A stretch of 64,000 nt of DNA from Negaprion brevirostris. Taxonomy: Eukaryota. Both the position numbers and the translations under genes were made by a program. Below are positions 52,225 through 64,000 of this stretch, piece after piece (within the stretch, counting starts at the first letter, position 1; each line of letters starts with the position of its first letter). The DNA lies in NCBI GenBank assembly GCA_030324005.1, contig JARDVH010000031.1, positions 46,043,529-46,107,528 of the forward strand, read 5' to 3'. The notes beneath the pieces were generated by a model. That model saw only the letters and a list, made by a program, of their open reading frames with translations, had not been told where the DNA came from and searched no databases.

Positions 52225-52675
52225 CACTTCCAAATTAGAAGAGTGAGAGTTCATGTTCCACTCCAAACCTAGCTCAAAAACCTAGGCTTACACTCCTGTA
52301 TAGTACTGAGTATATGCTGCACCATCAGAGGTGCCTTTTGGATGAGGAGTTGAACTGTCACCACCACACCCTTCAATCCCCCAATCTGCTCTCTCAGGCG
52401 GACAGAAAAGATTTCAATGTGCTGTTCTGAAGAAAAGCAGAATGGTTATCCCCAGTGTCCTCATCAATATCTATCCTTTAAATCAACATCACTAAATAAG
52501 CAGATCATCTGAGCGTTATCGCACTGCTGTTTGTGGAGGCTTGCTGTCCACAAATTGGCTGCCACATTTCGTACATTACAACAATGACTACACCTTAAAT
52601 GCAATTCATTGGCTGTACAGCGCTTTAAGACATCCCAAGTTGCCAAAGTGCCATTTAAATGCAGGTTTTTCTTTT
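52225..52675 (+). mobile_element. SacSINE1/AmnSINE1-like DeuSINE
   Basis: Deu-domain-like ccccagtgtcct..ctgctgtttgtggaggcttgctgtccacaaattggctgcc and L2-like tail. Confidence 0.75.
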
Positions 52676-52959
52676 CTTTGATTCAAATTTCAATGGTCTG
52701 AGTGTTAACAACCTTACTGTAGAAAATCAAAAATACTGTTTCCATGTAAAATAATTCTCACTGTTTTTAAAATGAACATCCAGTAAAGGTCAGGCTACAT
52801 TTCTCCCTCTTGTCATGTCAGATCATTTGGAACTAAAAAGCACTGCAGTATCAGTGATGCTGAACTGTAGAGGATGGAAAACAAACCATCACTGACGCTA
52901 AAGCTTCACACAACCTCTAAAGAAAGAGGCCCAAAGGTAGCAGGACCAAAAGGTAATTA

Positions 52960-53595
52960 AGAAGACATATGGCATGTTTGCCTTCGTCGGCCAGGGCACT
53001 GAGTAGAAGAGTTGGGAAATCATGTTGCATTTATACAAAATCTTGGTTAGGCTGCATTTGAAATATTGCATGCAGTTCTGGTCACCACACTACCAGAAGG
53101 ATGTGGAAACTTTGGAGTGTGTAAAGAAGGTTCACCAGGAAGTAGCCTGGTCTCCACTGGCGATGAGAAGAGGTGAAGATGGAGGTGGAAGGGAGACCTG
53201 ATAGAAGTGTACAAAATTATGAGAGGCATAGACATTGTGGATAGTCAAAGGCTTTTTCAAGGGTGAAAGTGTCAATTACAAGGGGACACAGGTTCAAGAT
53301 GTGTGTGGGGGGGGGGGGAGGGAGGGGAGGGAGGCAGGAGAGAAGCTTAAGGGAGATGTGTGGGGGGAAGCCTTTCCACACAGAGTGGTAGATGCCTGGA
53401 ATCCACTGCCAGCGAAGGTGGTGGAAGCAGGCATATTAGCAACATTTAACAGGCATCTGGATGGATACATGAATAGGGAAGGGATAAAGGGATATGGACC
53501 AAGTAAGAGAAGGGCTTTTACTTTAGTTAGGGCATCATGAGTGGCACAGGCTTGGGTGGCTGAAGAGCCTGTTCCTATGCTGCACTTTTCTTTGG
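52960..53595 (+). mobile_element. CR1/HER1 3' fragment
   Basis: LYKILVRLHLKYCMQFWSPH, GDLIEVYKIMRG, RVVDAWNPLP, tail. Confidence 0.85.
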
Positions 53596-53659
53596 ATCCC
53601 TGGAACTATGGTCCTCAAAGCTTGAACAAGGTCAAAAATGGCCAAAGATTCATTGCTGA

Positions 53660-53870
53660 ATGCATCTTTTTCCCTGCTGCCATCAGACTTTTGAATGAAC
53701 CTACCTTGCAATAAGTCGATCTTTCTCTACACCTCAGCTATGACTGTAATGCTACATTCTGCACTCTCTCGTTTCCTTCTCTATGAACGGTATGCTTTGC
53801 CTGTATAGTCTGCAAGAAACAATACTTTTCACTGTATGCTAATACATGTGACAATAATAAATCAAATCAA
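53660..53870 (+). mobile_element. LINE 3' end (Rex1/Babar-like), second copy
   Basis: FFPAAIRLLN; highly similar to 5060-5260; tail aataaatcaaatcaa. Confidence 0.65.
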
Positions 53871-53894
53871 TTTTAACATACTTATGTAACATCA

Positions 53895-54400
53895 ATGCAA
53901 TTTTAACAGTTGCATCCCCCAAACTTTATATTTGGTAGCACCTTCACTCAAAAATTTTCAAAATTTTAGAAGCTGAAGAGACAACAGTAGCAGACACATA
54001 GGAAGACTACTCGCTGCAAACTCCCCTCCAAGCCACACACCATCCTGACTTGGAACTACATAGCTGTTTCTTCACAGTTGCTGGGTCAAAATTCTGCAAC
54101 CCCCTCCATAACAATACCATGGGTGCACTGGAGGAGCTGAACATGGCCATTGCTCACAAAAATCCTCTTTAACATGCTGCTCGAGCATCCAAGCAATTTC
54201 AACAATTGCATTCCCCAAACTTTACATCTGGTGGCATATTTACTCAAAAGTCTCCATGCTTTTAAAAGTCAAAGAGACAACATATGCATGGGAACATTAA
54301 CTGCAAGCTTCTCTTCATACCACACACCATCCTGACTTGGAACCACATTTCTTTTCATTCACCATTGCTGGGTCAAAATTCTGGAACTCCTTCCTAACAT
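53895..54400 (+). repeat. Diverged tandem duplication of about 300 bp including a LINE fragment
   Basis: ccccaaacttta, agagacaaca, ccacacaccatcctgacttggaac and gctgggtcaaaattctg each occur twice. Confidence 0.75.
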
Positions 54401-55492
54401 TATTATGGATACACCGGGTGGGCTGCAGCAACAAATTCTCACAGGCAATTATAAATGGGTAATAAATGCTGACTCAGCAATGATGCTCCCATGCTGTGAA
54501 AAAATTTTGAAAAATTCAAAGTTTGTTCTTGCCCTGCAAAAATTGGAATTAAACAATGGAAGTAATACAGAAAAGGAATGTAATGCCAAAAATTGTATTG
54601 TTGTATAAAATGCAACTGCCAATTATAAGGGTAGACTGTGCTAAGAAGCCCATGTATAAGCGCATTGTTGTTAACCAGTTAAAATTGTAGATTTAATCAA
54701 ACCATGACTGAAATCGCTTGGCACTGTTTCAGGAATTCATGTTTATGCAAGTGACGGGAAAGCAAAGTTAAACAAACCAGAGAAAGCTGCAAAGAATACT
54801 GAATTGTCTGTTCTGTCTGCATCTTTTTAAACTTTCTGAATTAGATCTGAATTGCTCGAAGGTGTCATTCAACTTGCAGTGAATCATCTCATCACAAAAG
54901 ACTGTACAGTCATCATTCACAATATTTCTTTCCCCATTTGTAACTTGCTCTCACTTTTGCCAGGGTTCACATCTTAACTAAAAATCTAAAGGACAGTAGG
55001 TAGACAACAAATCATTTATAATCATTGGCTACCTAAGTGTTCAGAGCTACCTGGGTTAATCTCTAATAATGAATTTCCTACTCAAGTCAAGGTAATTTTT
55101 CAAATTCTCAGCATTAAAAAGTGCAAAACTGGTTCAGCACAATACACAGAATTTTTGAAGCTCCTTCTATTGATCTTACTATGCGTGCTCACTCAACTTA
55201 ACACCATCACAGGCAGGCAAATCTGCCTGAACTCAAACGTGTGCTGGAGGCGGCCTTATGGCACATCCATATTAGAACCTAATTCCAGATTTGTTGGCCA
55301 CGGAAGGAGTGTTCAGGGGCTAATAATTAGCTCGGGAATCTTTCCACAATTTTCCACCACCATTTCCCAAAGGATAAAAAAAACGTCAGTGCAAAAATAT
55401 GCTTTAAAAAAAACTTGTGTTAAACAATATTTTGCAGGCTCAACAAAATGAGAATTTGTGCACCTGTGAATTAATTGCCAATCAGAAGTGGC

Positions 55493-55760
55493 ATAGAATT
55501 ATCATATCCCTACCATGCAGAAAGAGACTATTCAGCCCACTGAGCCCAACAACAATCCCACCTAGGCCCTATCCCCATATAACCCCACATTTTACCCTGC
55601 TAATCCCCATGACACTAAGGGGCAATCAAATATGGCCAATTAACCCTCAAATCTTTGGATTGTGCGAGGAAACCAGAGCACCCAGAGGAAACCCAGGCAG
55701 ACAAGAGAAGGTGCAAACTCCACACACAAAATTACCAGAAGCTGGAATTGAACCAGAGTT
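55493..55760 (-). mobile_element. HE1-type V-SINE
   Basis: V-domain gaggaaaccagagcacccagaggaaaccc. Confidence 0.85.
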
Positions 55761-55834
55761 GTAAGGAGAGTTTATGCCATGGATATACTTAACAATTAAT
55801 GTCAAAATAATTGAAGAGTTTGGAAGGTGTTTTT

Positions 55835-57025
55835 TTTATTCAACATTGGCCAACATTTATTTCCCACCCCAAGATGCTCGAGATGGTGATGGCGAGATGG
55901 CAATGGCAAGATGGCTTCTTGAACTGCTGTAGGTAACCCCCCAGTGCTGTTAGGGAGAGAATTCAACCATGACAGTGATGAAACAGTGACCTATTTCTAA
56001 GTCAGAATGCTGAGTGACTTGGAGAGGAACCTTCAGGTGGTGATAAGTATCCACTGCCCGTTTTCTAGACGGCACAGGTCGTTGGTTTGGAAGGTGCTGC
56101 TTAGAGAACCTTGGTGAATTCATGCAGTTCATCTTGTAGATGGTACACATTGCTGCCGCTCTCCATTGATGATCGAAGGATTGAATTTTTGTGGAAGGGG
56201 CAGCAATCAAGAGGGCTGCTTTGTCCTATATGATGTCCAGCTTTGAGTGTTGCTGAAGCTGCACTCATCCAGACAAGTGGACAGCACTCCATCGCACTCC
56301 TGACTTTTGCCCTGTAGATGGTGGACAGGCACTGGGGAGCCAGGTGGTGAGTTATGTGCTTCAAGCTCCCATCCTTTGGGCTTGCTATTGTAGTATTTAT
56401 ATGGCTAGTTCAGTTCCTTTTCTGATCAATGGTAACCTCGCCAGGGTGTTGATAGTAAGGGATTCAGCGACGGTGATGCCATTGAATGTTATGGGGTAAT
56501 GGTTACATCCTTGCTTGTTGGGGATGGTCACTGCCCAGCACTCGTGTTACACAAATGTAATGTGCCACATGTCAGCCCAAGTCTGAATATAGTCCAGATC
56601 TTGCTTCACTCAGACATGGTCTGTTTCAATATCTGACTCGTGGATGGTGCTGAACATTGTGCAGTCTTACCAGGCACAAGTCAGGGGTGTGATGGAATAC
56701 TTGCCATTTGCATGGATGGGCTCAGCTCCAACAATGCTCAAGAAGCACAACATTACACAGGACAAAGCAAACTGCTCGATTGCTGTCCGTTCCACAAACA
56801 TTCAATCCCTCCATCACCAATGACAGCAGTGTGTACCAACCACAAGATTGCACTGCAGTAACTCACCAAGGTTCCTTATCACTTCTGACCTTATGATGGA
56901 AGGAAGATCATTGATGAAGTAACTGGGTATGGTTGGGCCTAGAGCCGAGGAACTCTGCAGTGATTTCCTAGAGCTAAGATGATTGACCTCCAGTCACTAC
57001 AAACCATCTTTGTTTTTGCCAATGT
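55835..57025. mobile_element. CR1-clade LINE (minus) with an oppositely oriented fragment of the same family at 56665-56880
   Basis: Minus STIYRAKVRSAMECCPLVWMSA; plus YQAQVRGVMEY. Confidence 0.7.
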
Positions 57026-57650
57026 CAATGATAGCTAAACAAAAACTTTTTTAACCCCATTTTTTGCTAAACAAATCAGCAAAAATGATTTTCAGTCCAG
57101 AGAATCTATGGGTTAGGTATAGTGTAAAGTTCCCTTTACATAACCAAAATGAAATGCCTCTGCCCAATGCACAGAAAGAAAACCTATTCTAATACTGGCA
57201 TAACTGCTCCCATATCAGTCATTGTTGTGGCATCTCAGAAGACTGCCAAAATTTGCTTTGAAATTAACTAAATTAAGACCAACTTAAATTATTTCTCACA
57301 AACTTAAGTAGAGACTTGTATCTGATTAGTCAGGACCGATGTTTAAGCTAAAGCTCAAGGCGAAGGTTATTTCTTCAAATTCCCTGCACCACTCTCCCAC
57401 TATTCACAGTAAAAGTGCCATCACATGATACAGCTGTGCAAAATCCAAGATTCTTAAAAATAATTTTTAGACCATTGCACTATATATACACAACTGTTTC
57501 AGGGAGTAGGCGCGACAGGATTGCTCTGTGGAAACCAGCATGGACACGATGGGGTCAATGGCCTTTTGTGCTAAATATGGTTTTGTACAATGCAAAGATG
57601 TCAGATGAAGTATTCCAAGTCTTAGATTCTTAAACCACAAATAAACTACA

Positions 57651-57771
57651 AGGGTGGGATTTTCTGGCTGCTTTCACTCCAAAACCGGAAAATCCCACCC
57701 AGGTTCATCGGACCATTTCATGGTCTGCCCCTTGCGATTCCTATGGCAGGCAGGACAGGAAAATTTGCCCC
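57651..57771. mobile_element. MITE with GGG termini
   Basis: gggtgggattttc..gaaaatcccaccc internal hairpin; right end gaaaatttgcccc. Confidence 0.55.
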
Positions 57772-58989
57772 CAGATGTCGGACAAACAAACCTGCATTTA
57801 TATAGCACTTTTCACAACCACCAGGATGTTCTGAAGTACTTCAAAGCCAATGAAGTAGTTCTGAAGTGCAATCATCATTGTAATATGTGCATGTAAATGG
57901 ATAATGAAACCAATGAACATACAAAACGTCTGGCAATTCCAAATGGAAAACTCCACTGTATTCTAGCTTCAAATCAGAAAATTTAATCATCCACAGGACA
58001 TAGACGTAGAAAAGAATAACATTTGGACTAAACTTCTGTAAAGAGCAAAAACAATATTTAAGGTCTCAACAATTTCCCATTCACAGAAAAAAGAGAGTTC
58101 CTCAAGCTCTAAGATAAAAGGTGCAAGTTTTGTGTGTCATTACTCATTTGGTCCCCATCTTAAGCAACTGTCTCTAGGTACAATTTCTAACTCAGAGTCC
58201 AAAACTTTTATCAGATTTGTTTAAAATGTAACAATGCAAGGACATGTTATTTTAATACTAGTGTGCGTTACATACCATCACAAAAGAGGTATTAGTTTGA
58301 ATCTTAACCAACGTGGCACTGGTTTGATCCTAAAGCCTTCAGAACAAATATCACCTCAACAGGTCGGCACTACTTGAGAACGACCAATAGAAAATGTATC
58401 AAAATTAAAAATGTCTATATAAAGTATCAGATTATGACTCAGCTCTCACCAAGGCCGAGGATATCCTATAACGTCCAGAAGTTTTTCAGGGACCTGTGCA
58501 GACAATACGATCTCACTTTACAAATTTCCAGCACACAAACATTGTAAACAGGTGACAAAAATTTCTATTATCAAGTCAGCACATCCTGACAATGTGAATT
58601 GCAGTTTCCATCAAGTGCAGGAGGAGCTGACCCTCAAGGAGAATTATATTAGAATCCAAAATAAATTTAAACATGACTGTTCTGTACATATACAAGATCT
58701 CAAATGCTGCTTTATATTAATCACTGCGAGAAACTTTAATAAGATGTTTTAGTTGAAAACATACAGCACACATTAGCGTTCAAATCATCCGGTTGCGTTC
58801 AAATAAGTTCTCACAGATAAAGCAGGAAATGCTGGAAATACTTCGATCAGGTAGCACCTATTTGATTGACATGGTGATCTGAAACATTAGTTTGGATCCT
58901 TTATTAAAACAATGCAACTCATCCACATTTCTCGTATTTTTGTTTTGGTTCCGTTATCTATCATTCGCAGCTTCTTGATTATAAAAATG

Positions 58990-60905
58990 TGTCAAGTCAG
59001 TTTACGATTCATCTGTCATCATTTGCCTTCAAGGAGGAAAGGTAGAAAGCTTTAGGGAGGACATTACAGAGGTTAGAGTCTCGGCAGACATGGTTGCTAA
59101 TGCTGGAATGATGAAGAATAGGGGTGTGCAGTGGAGGAGTTGAGGTCTCAAGAGGATTATTAAAGATAAAAGAGTGAGGAAAATGAATAAGAATTTTAAA
59201 ACCAAGGAGTTGCCAGGCCAGGAACCAACGTAGATCAACAAACACCATGGATGGATGAACAAGGCTTTTTGCAAGTTACGATAAGGTCAGCAGAGTTTCG
59301 GATGAGTTCAAGTTTACAGAGAGCGCAAGGTGGGAAGCCAAACAGGGAAGCATGGAAATAGTCAAGTTTAGACACGCGAAAGAACTGGTTGAGTGTTTCA
59401 TCAGCAGGTNNNNNNNNNNNNNNNNNNNNNNNNNNNNNNNNNNNNNNNNNNNNNNNNNNNNNNNNNNNNNNNNNNNNNNNNNNNNNNNNNNNNNNNNNNN
59501 NNNNNNNNNTTAGACACGCTAAAGAACTGGTTGAGTGTTTCATCAGCAGGTGAATGGAGGCCAGGGAGAAATGGATAATGGTGGATGTAGTCAGCAGCTC
59601 AGTTCAGGGTTAAAAATAAGACATCAAATATCGTGACTGGTGTGGTTCAGAATCAAGACAGTGATCACAGACTGGAATGGAGTAAAAGTCTAGGGAATGA
59701 AGTTTGTGCTGGGGAACAATGATAATGGGGGCAATTTCCCACCCCAATGTACTGCTTTTTTAGTGCAGCGGGCCAGGAGACTGTCAGCGGCCAATTCGCA
59801 CTCGACGTTCGAGCCTCCGGGCATCAGGAGGCCCTTATATAAATGCAATTCAAATCTTATTAGGGGGCCTGGGACTAAAACCCACCCCACCTCTCCCCCA
59901 AGGAGTGTTTCACTCCAGCAGGGTTTACAATAGCTCCCCAACACCACCAGAGTGGGGGGGTGGTGTGGGGGCACAGAGGACCCCCAGAGGGTTGGTGCCA
60001 GTGGGGGTGGAACCCAATGGGCATTGCCAGCCTGGGCCCCTGCCACCACCCAAGGGGCTGGGGGTACCTTAGCATTGCCCATCAGGCAGGGGCCTCGGGG
60101 GAGGGGGCAACATGTGGGGTCCCACTACCACTCCGCAATTGGGCTGAATGACAGGGGGAGGGAGGTCAGCAATCAGCAAGCTTCATGGCCAGTGTGCTGG
60201 GGTCAAGGGGCTGGTCAGTAATCAGGAGGCCAGAAGATAGGGGCCCTTGTACTGATCCCAGTGCTGACAGATTGGCATATGTGCAATGGTCCGCTCAGCG
60301 CTATGCTACCAGCCTCTTCTGCAGGGATACACCCTGCCCACAGCTTTTCAATGGGATTTACACTGAGGCACTCTGCAATACACAGAATGTGACAGAGAGT
60401 GGGGGTTAATGGGTGCTATTCGGATTGGCGGTTGGTGACTAGTGGAGTGCCCCAGGGGTCGGTGCTGNNNNNNNNNNNNNNNNNNNNNNNNNNNNNNNNN
60501 NNNNNNNNNNNNNNNNNNNNNNNNNNNNNNNNNNNNNNNNNNNNNNNNNNNNNNNNNNNNNNNNNNNAGCCATGATCTTATTGAATGGCGGGGCAGGCTC
60601 GAAGGGCTAGACGGCCTACTCCTGCTCCTATTTCTTATGTTCTTTGATCTTGGCAATATTTAATTGGAAGAAATTCCTGCTCATCCAATTCTGAAAGCTA
60701 GAGAAGTAACATTACCAATCTGAGGCAAGTGAGGTGGTAGTATGGTGAGAGAGAGCTGAGTGTCATCAGAATACAAGTGGAACCAGACATTACGGTTTTG
60801 AGTGAAACTGCCGGGGACCAGCTTGCAGATGAGAGACAGAAAGAGGATGAAGGATAAACCTTTGGAAGACCTCAAAGTAACATTGCCTAAGCAGGAAAAT
60901 AAGTC
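58990..60905 (-). mobile_element. L2 LINE fragments interrupted by a GC-rich DNA-transposon-like insert (59726-60405) and a CR1 piece (60406-60645)
   Basis: SKLDYFHASLFGFP..KLELIRN; FHLYSDDTQL; SGVPQGSVL on the plus strand. Confidence 0.65.
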
Positions 60906-61029
60906 TTTGCAGACAATATACAGAAGCATACTGGTAATGATACAGGACCAGAAATCCAGAGGGCCTAGGCAAATGCTCTGGAAACAAGTTTAAATTCCAA
61001 TATAGTTGGATGACTTTCAATTCAGTTAA

Positions 61030-63700
61030 TTAATAAACCTGGAATAAAATGTTAGCTGCATTGATAATGATCATGAAGCTACTGAACTATCACACAAACC
61101 CATCTGGTTCACTAACGTCTTTAAGGGTAAAAAAAATGCACCATCCTTATCTCCACTTGCCTACACATGATTTCATACCTATAGCAATGTAGCTGACTCT
61201 TTGCCTTCTGAAATAGCTTAGCAAACCACTCAGCTGTATCAACCACCACAGAAAGGTTGAAGAGTAATAAAACTGGATGGGCCCCCTACCACCAACCTAT
61301 GCATTAGAAATGACAAGCTCATATCATGTCTAGTCAAATCTGCGAAGTGCTCCTGATCAACATCTGAGGATTCCAGGATTGGGACAACTGTCCCACTCAT
61401 CAAGTGACATATTAACATGGAAATAATGGAATCATACCTTATAACCAATGTCCCAGACTCCTGCATCATAACCCCTAATTACGTCCTGCTCACCAATATG
61501 TCAAGTGGTAGCACAGTGGCATACGGTCAGGAGGAAGTGGTCACGGGGTCCTCAAAATCGACTCCAGATCCAATTAAATTTCATGGCTTCAGGTCATTCA
61601 TGGATAAGGAAATCTGCTCATTATCACCTATTGCCCTCCCTCCTCCATTTTGAGCACCATTTGAAAGAAGCACTTTGGATAGCAAGGACACAGAAAATAA
61701 CTCTGCTCGGGAGACATCAATGTCCATCATCAAGAGTGGCTCGGTAGCACCCCCGCTGATCGAACTGGTTGAGGTCTGAAGTCATATCCACTAGACAGGG
61801 CCCTTAGCAGGTGATGTCACCAATCTGTTGCAGATGCTCTGTCCATAACTGCATTGGTTAAGAGTAATTACTGCACAGTCCATGTGGGAACAAGGCCCAA
61901 TTCTTCTTCATAGCGTGAACACAGTCCATCCTTTGATGTGACATACTACTGTGCTTTTGATAGACTTACTATAGATCTGGCAAATCAAAACTGGACATCC
62001 ACAAGGCACTGCAAACCATCAGCAGAATTGTATTCTAACACAATCTGTAACCACATGGCCCAGCATTTCCCTCACTCTATCACTAGCATCAAGTCAGGGC
62101 CCCGATCCTTGTTCAATGGGGTGTTTGAAACAATAGCTCCCCAACCCCATCAGAGTTGGGCGGGGGGGCGGCAACCCAGGACCCCCAGAGGGTTGGGTGG
62201 TGGTGGGGCCCAATGGTATTGCCAGCCTGCCTGCACCCCCCCCACCCCCAGAGCTTGCTAAAAATGAGGTGCCAAACTGTTGAAGCTACTACTCAGGACT
62301 ACATGCATACAACCAATAGGCCAGATTAAAAATTCCTGCCGCATTCAGTATTGAATGGTGGCAGACAATTAAACAAATGAAGGAGACTCAAAATGATGCG
62401 GGAGCCTAGCAAGTCGATGCAAAGGTCAAAACTGGACAAGATAATATATTTCCAGCCAGAAGTGCAAAGTGGATTTCCCTTCTCAGCTTCTTCCTGAAGT
62501 CCGCATCAGCATAGATGACAGTCAACAGACAATTCTATCCACTCCACATGATAGCAAGAGACGGCTGAGGGCCTTGACAGCACTGAAGATGTGCTCAAGA
62601 ACTAGCTAAACTATTACTCAAGCTGTTCCAGCACAGCCACAACTGGCATACATCAGAGAATGTAAAATTGCCTTGTGGGATGTTAGCATGTTAGACATTT
62701 TTTTAAATCATGCTCTCTGCAGCTTGCAACCTTAGCTGATGTCATTGGTAATGGATTGTCTACCAGGAGCTCCTTTATTGCTCCTTCAGTGGTTTAAATG
62801 GGGGTTGTTCATTTTTACTTTGGGAACTAGTTTTATGATACCTTATTGTCAGGAGGAAGAATGTTTGCAGATCAGGTGCTTTTTCATTTTCAATTCTGAG
62901 TGGGAGGTTTTAGTTTTTAGAAGGGACATCAAGCTGGAAAGAATTTCCCTGGTTTTGGGAAATTCTGCTGGTTAGCTGAAAGCCTTCCTGGAGTAAAGGA
63001 TCTGCTGTTGATGGTTTGACCAGACACTCTCCCTGGTGTTCTATAAGCTGTTCTGACCGTTTCACGAGAACTGTAGCATTTATCCATAGGACTCAGTTCC
63101 AGTATCACGTGAGCATTAGTCTTTGCTGTGTTAAACCTGCTGAAGGGTTTATGGGGCCAGTTTGATTGGAATATCTTAGGTATTTTTGTTAACGGTTATA
63201 CATTATTGTGGTTGTTTTGTTTGTAATTGATAAGTTATTGCTAATATTCGGACTATACATGTTAACTATATCCTTAAATAAGCTTTGTTTGATAAAAGCT
63301 CCCTAGTGGGTCATTTGAATCAATTCTAAGGTGAACCATATCATGCTTATCCTAGCCAAATTCAAAGTGCACAAAAATGATCCACGCGGATTTCATAAAA
63401 CACTGCGGAGTTTCTGACCTGAATCATAACACCAGATATATCCTGTCCTCAAAAAACCTTAAGTATCCAATTCCATCTGTCACCAACCACTCAATCAACA
63501 AAGGTGACAGAAGCAGTCATCAAGCAGTACTTGGCTTTAGCCTACTCACCAATGCTCAGCTTGGGTTTTGGCAGGTTATGGCAGGTCATTCAGTTCCAGG
63601 CCACATTACAGACTTGGGTCTAAAACTGGATAAGAGCTGGATTCAGGAGATGAGCTAAAAATAGCTGCCCATGACCCTCATTAGCATTTGACTGAGTGCG
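61030..63700 (+). mobile_element. Decayed CR1-clade LINE (APE to RT) with nested inserts
   Basis: IMESYL, LGRHQCPSSRV (GDFN-like), KIA..PV.KK, QLGFWQ..HS.P. Confidence 0.55.
62674..63431. mobile_element. Probable solo LTR
   Basis: TGT...ACA termini; interrupts the LINE coding string aaaattgcc|ccagatatatcctgtc; TSD unclear. Confidence 0.55.
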
Positions 63701-63705
63701 TAATA

Positions 63706-64000
63706 CAAAGAACAAAGAAAAGTAAAGCACAGGAAGAGGCCCCTTGGCCCTCAAGCACATGCCAATCATGATCCCTAACTAAAAAAAGCATCTCCTGCCC
63801 TTACTCTATCCCTCTATTTCCTCCGTATTTGTGTACCCATTCAGATGTCCCTTAAAGTTCCTATTGTGTCTGCTTCCACCACCTCCTCTGGCAGGATGTT
63901 CCAGGCACTGACCAGTCTGCATGAAAAACTTCCCCCACACATTTCCCTCAAACTTTCCCTTCTCACCATGAATCTGTGCCCCCTTGTAACTGACACTTCC
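63706..64000 (-). mobile_element. CR1/HER1 3' end running off the window
   Basis: caaagaacaaagaaaagtaaagcacaggaagaggccc tail; reverse WNILPEEVVEADTIGTFKGHLN. Confidence 0.85.

Noticed and set aside
59368-59551. About 42-bp direct repeat
   Set aside because: Flanks a 100-N gap with one mismatch; probable haplotype overlap artefact

Overview
Eukaryotic genomic DNA from a gapped draft assembly, almost certainly a shark or other elasmobranch (HE1-type V-SINEs, CR1/HER1 LINEs, a SacSINE1-like DeuSINE). The only host gene I can support is a Tousled-like kinase 1 family gene on the minus strand. Seven consecutive GT-AG coding exons (39540 down to 3728) splice in frame to about 194 aa of the N-terminal region: [19 protein letters not shown], the RGRKRK NLS, GHKISDYF and the start of coiled-coil 1. 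Exon 1 and the kinase exons were not found and probably lie outside the window. Several residues look more like the tlk1b/TLK1-like paralog than mammalian TLK1. The introns are a dense mosaic of decayed transposons (CR1, L2, RTE, Rex1-like, Penelope-like, Gypsy, pogo/Tigger, Harbinger-like MITEs, SINEs). The most notable non-coding structures are a Penelope-like element with a hammerhead-ribozyme core, a 14-bp TSD and an inverted copy of its own flank; a ~160-bp-arm near-perfect hairpin; and a multi-layer TE cluster. I see no clear evidence for a wholly new biological system. All family assignments come from recalled motifs, not database searches, and TE boundaries are approximate unless a TSD is given.
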